A stretch of DNA of 61,428 bases, counting the filler, from Sphacelaria rigidula (taxonomy: Eukaryota), in assembly GCA_964200075.2 (NCBI GenBank). It is 6 parts of 6 records of this genome, joined end to end, with 100 filler letters (N's around TTAATTAATTAA, not from the genome) between each part and the next. Parts side by side here need not be neighbours in the genome. Positions count along the whole stretch, not along the records: positions 51,277 to 61,428 come from CAXNAA020007024.1; 5 more parts are not named here. One strand, 5' to 3'. Every line of letters starts with the position of its first letter. Positions within the stretch are counted from its first letter, which is position 1. Shown here piece by piece: positions 51,402-61,428 of the stretch. The position numbers were made by a program, and so were the translations under genes. The notes below the pieces were generated by a model, which saw only the letters and a program-made list of their open reading frames with translations, ran no database searches and had not been told where the DNA came from.

Positions 51402-53223
51402 CAGGGAAGTGTACGGAGGACAATCTGCTCCGCGGTGCGAATTTCGTTTTTCGAAACCTCAAGGAGCGTAGCGGATATCTGTCTGTGTGTAAAGTTACGG
51501 ATTGTGACGGAGCGGATATCCGTCTGTGTGTAAAATTACGGATGATGACGGAGCGGATATCTGCCAATGAAAATGTCACGGATTATTGCGGAGCGGATAT
51601 CCGTCAACGAAAATGTCACGGTGTGGTGCGGATTTTTCGAATATGGTACGGAGCGGATATACGTCAGTGGGAAAATTCACGGATTGTCACGGAGCGGATA
51701 TCCGCCCGCTACAAATGCACGGATTATTGCGGAGCGGATATCCGTGGCATGGATTTTTTCACGGAGCGGTTTGTCCCCCCCCCCCGTGGAACAAACCGCA
51801 CAAACCGCGGCAATTTCCCGCGGTGCACCGTCGCAGTAATCCGTGAAACCGATACGGTTATCCGCGAAAAGTGTATTGGTACCCGCGTATAAGTACCAAA
51901 AATACGAAAGGGTTTGTTTCGCTTTGACTTCCGGCTGCTGGACAGGGGGGGTGGCGGATTAAATAGTGCACATGTACGGTCGAATCCCTGGAGAAAAAAA
52001 TAAAAAATCAATTGAGAATAATGAACAGTACACATTTGAATTTCCTACAGGATAGGGCGACGGGGGGCGGGGTGGGAGACGCGCAACAGCAGCAGCGCTT
52101 GACCCAGGACTAAGGCTATTCACCACAAGAAAAGCATGGAATACATCCCTCAAGAATGACGTTAATAGCAGCACAGTAGCTTTCAACTGAAAAGGAAGAT
52201 TTCCGTAGTGTTTTCGTAGTCGGGGATATTCGAAAGTGTTTTCGCGTGCCACCGTTTATCCTAGAGGACATTTGATCCCAAAGTTTGGGGATCTACTAGG
52301 CATCCCCTCCACATTCCTCAATAAGATCACATCTGCGCTCATGATTGAACGACTCACGGGTTGACCGGTTTTCGGGGGTCCTGAGAATGCCCAGCCACAG
52401 GTTCTGACCCTTTGGTATTTTTGTACCCCGAATTCCACCTTACCCGGCATTCAGTACAATTTACCCGTGGGATTTTGTGACTTTTCAGCGGTTTGATCTG
52501 AGTGATGCTACGGAGAGCGCACGGATGAAGTACGGAACACAATTTCAAAACCGTATCGGCGAATTGCTTTTACAGAACGATGTTTTTTATAGTTCGAATT
52601 CTAAGTTATCCGGCATTCAGGACTACCTCATCCGTGGAATTTCGTGGCTTTTCAGCGGTTTGATCTGAGATATGCTACGGAGAACGCACAGATGGAGTAT
52701 GGAGTGCAGACTTTCAGAACAGTATCGGCGAATTGCTTATCCAGAACGATATTTGTATACTTCGAATTCTAAGTTATTCGGCATTCTGAACAATTCGTCC
52801 GTGAAAATCCGTGTCTTTTCAGTGGTTCGATCCGTATTTATGCCACGGAGGACCCATGGATTACCTACGGAGTGGATAAAACCGCACCGTAGAAAACCGC
52901 GTTTCACGGTTCCAACCGCGCAGCTGTAATCTATACGGAGCGGAGCGTTTTTTTTAACATGTCACGGAGCGGAGTGGATATCCGTACATCGGAAAATTCA
53001 CGGATTATTGCGGAGCGGATATTCCCCAACGAAAATGTCACGCTGCGGACCGGATTTTTCGAAGATGGTCCGGAGCGGAGCGGATATCCGGCAGTGGGAG
53101 AAATCACGGATTGTCACGGAGCGGATATCCGCCCCCTACAAATGCCACGGAGCGATGCGGATTGACAAACTGCACCGTAATAATCCGCTCCGCGGATTTA
53201 TTTTTAATCCGTGCACTTCCCTG
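51402..53223. mobile_element. Non-autonomous hAT element (1822 bp)
   Basis: 16-bp TIR CAGGGAAGTG(T/C)ACGGA; 8-bp TSD GAAAATAG/GAAAGTAG; many subterminal CGGAGCGGATAT repeats at both ends; no transposase ORF. Confidence 0.9.
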
Positions 53224-53549
53224 GAAAGTAGTCATACAGCGCATGATATTCCGTTTCAGGCTGCATGAAGCACCTCATATGAGCGACATTGGCGAAAACG
53301 AACCCAAGCGTGGGAATGAATTCCCAGCTGCTCTTTGTGCTCGCCTTTTTCATTCCGATTTATTTGTGAATTTAGCCTCCCCAAACCAACCACTTTTTCG
53401 GGCGAGGGGGCATCGTAGAAAGTGTCGCGTATGATTTTCTCCGTGCCGAGGTTTACCGGTCCGGACCATGATGATGACTTACCGCGTCCCCTGCGCTCTC
53501 CTACGCTCGCATTTTTTCGCATTTTGTCGACTGGCGTTATACACGATAG

Positions 53550-56500
53550 GTGGAGCGTATCCTCAAGGACTCTTTGGCGAAGCTGTCTGCCATGAACGAT
53601 GACATGGAAAAGCGCCTAGAAGTTGCGGAGAAATCTGTCAATAAGAATGTAAGCCAGATTCTCAATATCTTTCTGTTTGTCGCGTCGAGTATAGTGGTGA
53701 AAATATGTCAGCTCTTTTATCTTTTCGATCTGAGAAGGAAAAAAGAAAGCACATGCGTGGTTCAATTTATTTCAGCACTTCATGTTGTTTTTGCACATGT
53801 GTCAACATTGGCGAGTTGCCACGGAACCTACTCTGGGACTCTGCAATATGTACAAAAGTATTTCAGTGACATGAGTTATCTCAGTGTGCTCAGGGCCTGT
53901 TTTGCTGAACTCAAAGAGAAGGGGAGTAGGAATGTTTGCCCTTTGGAGAGATGAGCAATATTTCACGGCGAGTCAGAGGAAACCGAGCTGAGGTGATGTG
54001 TCTGTGTCCACTTTTTTTTTTTCTCTCGCCAAGTGCAACTGACTTGAGAGGAGAAACCTGACCTTGACGATGAAGGGGCCTTGACGTTGTTTTTCTCCCC
54101 TCATGTCTCAAGTACTATTTTCGTCTCCTCTCTGTGTTTTCAGGCTCTTTCGTTCTTGAACTCTCGGGTGAAGGATATTGAGGAAAGGGTCAAGATGAAC
54201 GCTGTTCCGGCCTTGGAGCATCGCCTCAAGGGAGTAGAGGATGCGTTTACTGGCGAGGTAACAGATAAGGCGGAGATAAATGAAGGGTGGTGGTTGGGGG
54301 GGGGGGATACCTTTCAGCGCAATCTTTTCGAAACATGAAGAGTTAACACCTATTTGGTTTGCTGCTTAGTCAAAACTCGTTTTCGAAGAACTGATAGGTA
54401 GAGACGAGGTAGTATTTGTTTAGTTCCGTCTAAGACTAGGACGGGAATAGATTTGCCACGTCAACCTGCTGCTGGAAAGTAGTGCCTATCCATCAAAGAT
54501 CCTGCTTTGGTGACAAAAAATATGGATATCAGGATCGTTGATTATTTTCTTCACTTTTGTGAAGTAGTTGTTCACCGTTCACGTAGCAGATAACACCTGT
54601 TTCCGAAGAGATGAAGAAGAGAGGCAAGGCAGCATTTGCTCAGTACCGTCGGAGACTGGTACAGAAATACAATTGCCAGGTTGACCTGCAGCTGGAAGTA
54701 GCGCCCATCAAATATCCTGGTTTGATATGATGAGGAATATGGATCTCAAACTCGCCGTTTTACTCTTGTGAAGCAGCTGTTCACCGTTTCCCGTAGTCGT
54801 ACCATACTTCACAAATATTTATTTGTTTTGAGTGATGTCATACTCCGCTATTAATAGGCTTTTGTTTCTTATGCTCGCATATAATTTTGCATAAAACGGG
54901 ATCTTGCGCATAACTTATGCGTTTTTTTAGAACCTATGTTTTTCGATAGTTGAGCATAACACGGGCATAAAAGCCAAGTTTTCAAGGGTCGGACAAATAA
55001 TGATTCGCCTGTAAATTACTTGGTTGTAGTATCATGAGTAGACTCGTGACGAATCAATCCCCAGGCTATATCCCAGCGTTGCAACCCAGGTAAACGCAGC
55101 GCAGACATGTGGAATGGCACAAAAGTTGCGTGGATACCCCTTGGACCAGCGATCAGCTTTTTTCTCCCTTTTGGGCAATCAGGCCGAAGGAATCGCGAAT
55201 TTGGTGACTTGAGTCGTGAAAATTTGTCCTAACCGTGCAAGTTTACGCATAACTTGACGCATATAGTACTCCAACGGGATTATGCACTCCCTCCCCAGCA
55301 GCTGGTAGCTGCCCACAGGTGCTCCATGTGGTGTCGGTCGTGGTGTCGTGGCGTTTGTGTTTGTAGTTTTTATTTTTGAACTTCGTTGGGGGTCTGATAT
55401 CGGTTGCTGTGCTTGTTAAAATACTTTATGTTACTGTGAAAGCAATGCAAAAATAAATGCGCCATGCTTCACATCAGACGGCAGTTCTCGTCACAACAAG
55501 GACGCGAAAAAGGCGCATACGTCGCGCGTATTCCACTGAAATACGCATGAAGCGGCACATAATTTTTACTTTTGAGCATGGAAATAAGAGCAAAAAAAGG
55601 CATGGATAAACAAAAAATGCGCATGAGAAACAAAAGCCCACACTCCGCCGGTACATACCATACAGTGCCTGGAGATATTGTTGATGTTTCTTGTGATAGG
55701 GACCTACTATAATAGCAGGTCATGCTACCGTTTAGTACGGCAGCATGCTGATTTTTTTATTCCCCTGGCAACGTGGGAGAAATGGTGACTTGCTGAATTC
55801 TTTCTTATCTCGTTGCATAAATGCAAGTCATGGAACAGGAGATACCTTTGTCTATTTGATGAGTAGGGCTTGTGGAAAATTGCTTGTGGAGCACGACAAA
55901 ATATGTCGAAGACAGAAAACAAACGAAAACACTGAGGGCTTCTGCATGCAGCAGAAAAAATAAGACATATTTGAATAATGTCTTGCTCCACGGCAGCGGG
56001 ATACTCGTGTACGAGAAAAAATGTAGAATCTGTTCATTGAACAGTAAAGATGCAAGCTTTCATTTTTCGGGTTCACCCTCGAGCTACGGCGAGGCCTTTT
56101 TCGGGATCTTTTTTACTACAGGAACAGCATTGCGTCCAGTTTTGAGGTCGAAACACGAACGTGTACTTTTCATCAACCATTTACAGCTCTTTTTTTATTA
56201 TCCTGTTCATTTTATAGTAGTCCTTTTATGTATACCCACGCTCGAGAAATGAAAGGTTCTTGGGCAGGCGCGCATATATGGAATATGACTCCTCCGGTTG
56301 GGGAGGTGCGTCGCCGCCGTGAGGGTCGATATGCAGATGATATTATCCCAAAGTAATAAAGATACAATTTTGACATGAAAAATCCGTATGGGGAAACAAA
56401 AACAAAGGAGTAAGGGTATGGTGGTTGAAACAAAGGAAGATAATAGCCATACTCTTGCTCTTCTCCACTTTCTCGAGTTTCCTCTGTTGTAGCCCATGTT

Positions 56501-58153
56501 TCCACTTTGTTCATGTTGGGTATGTCTGTTTTGTGTTGTAATCACCATTGGATGTCTCGAGGACTAAGTAAGTAGTACATGTGCGACAATCACCCACTCG
56601 ATCAATGACAGTGGGAACATGTCAAGCGTTGTAGTGTTACATCTACGTTGTTGGAAATACCTACGGTAGGGACGACCAAAAAATAGTGTCAGGAAAAGAC
56701 GAGAAATTATGAACGCATTTGGCGTTGTGGCAGCGTGCACTCGCTGTACTCGTCTGAGGACTGTTTTCACTACCATAGAGGTTGTTCGCCCCCACACCAC
56801 GTGTTTTGGAACCACGCGCGACGAAAACGTGCGTGGTTTCAGTGAGGGAAGTCCTTTGTTTTTCACCGATGTACGAATTGGCATGCCAACAACACGGCTG
56901 CGCGGATGGTATAATGCGTGCTAACGCTATCGAGTGTTGACTCTTTCCAAAAGTGGAACATCACGACCGAAATCACTTGTAAATGCATGGATATACGGGG
57001 GGGGGAAACCGTGGAGTGAGTTGCATTGGAAGGGCCGAATGGAAATTATTGTTGCAAAGTGAGCGCCGTCGCATGTCCCCTCTTGAGTTCACGGCAATGA
57101 CGGGTCCTCTGCAGTTCGAAACGAAACATTCTCATGGCTTCCGCGGTCATTCGTCACTTGCGTTATCTTTTTATAGGTTATCTGCTCAAAATGTTTGTAA
57201 TGATCATTCCCCGATTCATTTTTTGCCCCAACATGCGCAGTGACTATTACAGAGTGTGTCATTTCCAGTGTCGTGCTCCACCAAGTTGAATCGAAGTGTT
57301 GTGCGTTGAGTCGACGGCTTGTGTTGAGATGCGCACGAAAACGCCTCCCCCCGTGCTCCCCCCCTCCCCCAAACTGGGCTTGTCATGGCTTGACAGCTGG
57401 ATGATGACCATCATGTAGAATTTCGGGCACGCTGGTCGTACTAAAACAATGCGTACACGTCATGGCCTTGGTTTCTCGGTTGTTTGTTGGTCACACGTTC
57501 AATCCCTCCCTTCCTCGGCATGACTCCGTGATCTCAGGGGATCACCCCATTTGTCCCCGGTGCAAGCCTTACGGTCTGGTCTCACGGATTGGATTATGAG
57601 AATTATTCCCTTACCATGTTGACTCACTCTCATCAAACGAACTCAGTCGCGCCAACACTTTTTGCTACTCACGTCTTCACGCGTTTTGCCTTCGACGACG
57701 ATCAGGATACTTTGAAGAAGTTACCCAAACACATCTGGCAGCAATAGAACCTACGTTATTACCACCTTAATCAGCAAACCTATTCCGGAAACGTATTCTC
57801 AGCGTAAACTGTGTTTTCGGAATGAAAGTGGGACGGGCAATTGCAGCAGAAAAGGAGGATGACCGTTCGTCGCCCTCTGTAAAGTTGTTATGTTGATGAC
57901 GCAAGTTTGTGATGCATCTGCCCTCTGCTCCGCGCTCAAGTGCGTGTATGTTTCTTTTTGCTCTTTTGTTACGAACGCGCTGATTTCCCCGCACCTACAG
58001 ATGGGCGATACGGTGGAAACCATGCTGAGCAAAAACAAGGGCTGGAGAGCGCCGTTTGCACTGGTGTTCCTTTTGCTCGTTGGCATGGTCGTCGCGGTGA
58101 TCCAACAATACCGGAAGCTCATGAGGTCCAACTACATAGGGGCCTACCGATAG
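53550..58153 (+). CDS. 3' part of a type I membrane protein, probably ERGIC-53/VIP36-like L-type lectin; exons 53550-53648, 54144-54257 and 58001-58153
   Basis: Phase-0 GT-AG exons give a coiled-coil stalk, then GWRAPFALVFLLLVGMVVAVI (TM) and the short tail QQYRKLMRSNYIGAYR*. The lectin domain is not in the contig, so the family is inferred. Confidence 0.65.
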
Positions 58154-58390
58154 CGAGGAGGTTTTGCTTTGGAAGATGTGCATTTGGCATGAGGACAGAG
58201 GGGGGGCGGGGGAGAGAGAGAGATAGAGAGGAGGGGGCGAGGAATACTCGCTTTTAGGGTGCACGCAGTTGCACTGTGAAGCGGCCGTCTGCTACTCACT
58301 ATTGTGAAGAGCACGCGTTGGAGCACGGCTACGTACGGGTGAAGCCCAATTAGGGGTAGTAGGGTGTGGGGAGGGATATCATATCAATAA

Positions 58391-58570
58391 CACGTGGCAG
58401 GAATCTTGGGTTGTCGCGCGCTTGCTGCATGTCTCCATCAATCAAAATACAAAGTATGGAAATGGGGGGAGTTTGTGAACAACAAGAATGTGAGGCAGGA
58501 ATCTTGAGTTGTCGCACGCCTGCTGCATGTCCCTATCTATCAATTTAGAAACTATGGAGAATGGGGGGCG
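58391..58570. repeat. ~100-bp tandem duplication downstream of the stop codon
   Basis: ggcaggaatcttg.gttgtcgc.cgc.tgctgcatgtc...tatgga.aatggggg occurs twice. Confidence 0.85.
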
Positions 58571-59211
58571 TTCGTGGGCAGCACGGGCCAGCGGGCGGGC
58601 AGGGGTGGGCGGGCAGGGGGGTGTTGTGTGTTTTCATGTCTGTGTAGGATTGGAGGGGTGACCTGAAGAACAGGGGATGCAATACCGCGAGGAGTACAGG
58701 AAGGCTGTCCGCTTGTGGGTTGGAAGTTGTGGGTAGGAAGGCATCGGAACCGAGTCCGGGATTCCGCGATGTACGCGGTCGAGTGACCGGGTTGGGCGAA
58801 AGTAGGTCGGTATAACACCCTACACGAATACATGTAAGATGCGGAAGTAGCGCCGCGATGTGTTTGAAGTTCTCAACACTCCGAGAAGCTTCTGTGGTGG
58901 TGAGATATACGTGTGTTTTCTTGCTGTACTGAATGCGTGTTACGTGTTGGCGATGGTAACGTCGGCGTGGATCATGATCATGTGTTGTGGTAGTGACACT
59001 GCGACTGACATACTACGTGGATTCATTTCCGTGGTTGTCACGTCACGGCCGTGTATTATGTCATTCCCTCGCACCCAAATATCGTTCTTTATGCTTGTGT
59101 TATCGTTGTTGCTAGTACAGTTTTCCATGAAATTATTGTTGATGCGGTACTATGTCATGGAGTGCTGTGTTGTCCGCAGTCTGTTCAATACAAGTGATGC
59201 TGTCTGTACTA

Positions 59212-59627
59212 AACAGGGGATTCTATAAAATGAGGTTCATCAATGAAATGAGGTTCGAGCTCAAAGCAGTACTTTCTCCACGCTTTCAGCGATGGTGACC
59301 AATGACTTTCTTGTCGGCCTAATGCCCCTCGATCGCGTAGATACTTCTTCAGCGCATTTTACCGACTCTATGAGCTTACAGTGCTGTCCGAAACCGCCAT
59401 TTCTACTTACTTTTTGAGGGGGGGTAATATCAGGGAAAGCAGCGGTTTCGGTCAGCGCTGTAAGCTCACAGAGTCGGTAAAATGCGCTGAAAAAGTATCT
59501 GCGCGATCGAGGGGCATTAGGCCGACAAGAAAGTCATTGGGCACCATCGCTGAAAGTGTGGAGAAAGTACGGTTCTGGGCTCGAACCTCATTTAATTGAT
59601 GAACCTCATTTTATAGAATTGTCTGTT
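59212..59627. mobile_element. ~415-bp fold-back (palindromic) MITE
   Basis: ~190-bp inverted arms from attctataaaatgaggttcatcaat to attgatgaacctcattttatagaat; second copy at 20070-20411. Confidence 0.9.
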
Positions 59628-61134
59628 CTCTGGTGATATCGTCATCGACACGCGTGTACACCGCAGTCGTTCGGTGCATTTAGCCACAACAGATGATTCA
59701 CAGTTGCAGAGTTTGGGGGGGAAATATAGTTTCGCTTTGTGTTACTGTTTCGCGTCATCCCTGCAAAAAAGATACACCACTTGAACCTCATTTTTGAGAT
59801 CGACCCCATTTTTCAGGATCCGCTGTTACTTGTAGAAACGGAAAGCAAAAATTCAATTCAACTCACCCGTGATGGCATTGGTTCGCTTGCCCACAGCATC
59901 AAAACCGTACCAATATTACAGTACATGATATTCGGCTGTACAGAGCACACTGCAATGCAGTACAGTATACTGCAAGCAGTAATCAGCCTGGAGTAGTACA
60001 GTACACCGAATATAGTTGAACATGAGAGAGTGCTACGTGGAATCACTCATAACAACACTTCGCAATGTCGTTACTCCTTGCAATCGCAACGTGCTTCATC
60101 AGCGTTCAATGTCTCAGGAAACAAGAACAACTGCATCTCAATATATCACCAGCCAATGTGACTTTGCCCCCCTGTTCTGTATATCATGGTCAGTTAAAAT
60201 CCTGAGTGTCAATCAATCCAGTTTAGAACACAAGTGATTGTGCATAAAAGGCAACATGTTGCGTGCTTCACTGAAAAGGTTTACATGCCGGGAAGAAAAT
60301 ACCGACTACTGTACTGTCTGTACAACGCAACATCTCTCGTCGATGTCATGTCGAGTCAAAAATGTGCCTCAACTTCAACTATTGCACTGTACATGACGGA
60401 ATATAACACCCCTACATGCGAAAAACATGTACCCCGTCATGTATATTTGCGTTGCTTCTTCGGGGGCACCGACTGGATAACAAATGGGGAATAGCGTGTA
60501 CAGTACAATGCAGGCCAACAGGGTAGGATGATCGAGTGCCATACCCTACAAATTAGTGCAGTGTACTACTATACAGTGCAGACGCGAGAAGAAACACATC
60601 TACTTACGTGACGTGTCCCAAACTTTCATGACGGTATATTACACCCCCTACAGCCAAGGGGATTATATAATTTCTTCAGTCGAAAAGGGAAACACCCAAG
60701 TCTCAAACAGATGGGAATCAAAGTAGGGCACACAAAAAGCAATCCGAAATCACACTTGCGCTCCGTCTCACTACGGAGCAATCGGGCGTGATGCTGAATG
60801 GAGAAAACAAATAAACACAAATCGAAGGATTTTTGAAAAACTGGATATCGATCCAAACAAAAATGTTGACTCATATAGTCGAAAATACACATGCAAATCC
60901 AACCCGTACACATGAAGCATTCTACATCAATGATTGGTGAGTACAACACGTGCCTTTGGCCCGGTTCAAGGCCCCGATGTCAGGCCCCCCCTAGCTACTG
61001 CTGTTGGACGTCCACCACTTCCGGCAGAATCACATCGGTGTTTTGCCGGTCTTTTCCGGGATTGTCCATTGTGCAGCCTCGTTGCTGCTGCTTCTGTCGT
61101 CCGTGTTGTCGTTGGCGCCACTGCCAACGTCTGC

Positions 61135-61428
<294 letters not shown>

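Noticed and set aside
51465-51770. CRISPR-like repeat-spacer appearance
   Set aside because: Degenerate subterminal repeats inside a TIR/TSD-defined hAT element; no unique spacers or cas genes; eukaryotic DNA
55469-56550. Overlapping ORFs as a possible transposase
   Set aside because: No catalytic motifs recognised; AT-rich intronic repeat debris
7875-58153. Functional cluster of lipid and trafficking genes (ABCG, DCTN6, CerS, lectin)
   Set aside because: The genes lie on different concatenated contigs, so adjacency is artificial

Overview
Eukaryotic, intron-rich, TE-rich DNA, most consistent with a stramenopile and probably a brown alga (inferred from a bipartite plastid-targeting peptide, long GT-AG introns and the repeat style). 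The window is NOT one locus. It is six unrelated contigs of 10156, 10155, 10155, 10155, 10155 and 10152 bp, joined by identical 100-nt spacers (44 N + TTAATTAATTAA + 44 N). Contig 1: a decayed, intron-containing Mutator/MULE transposase and two exons of an ABCG transporter. Contig 2: a near full-length but disrupted Ty1/copia element abutting a LINE 3' end that itself carries nested insertions. Contig 3: exon 1 of dynactin p27 head-to-head with an unknown gene, plus MITEs and a SINE head. Contig 4: 4-5 exons of a ceramide synthase (TLC/Lag1 family) with what looks like an animal-type homeodomain-like segment, the most interesting item. Contig 5: a complete 5-exon plastid thioredoxin with an atypical WCRSC site. 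Contig 6: a non-autonomous hAT element, the 3' exons of an ERGIC-53/VIP36-like membrane protein, a large fold-back MITE and a terminal (GTT)n tract. All exon and family calls were made by eye; no database search was run.
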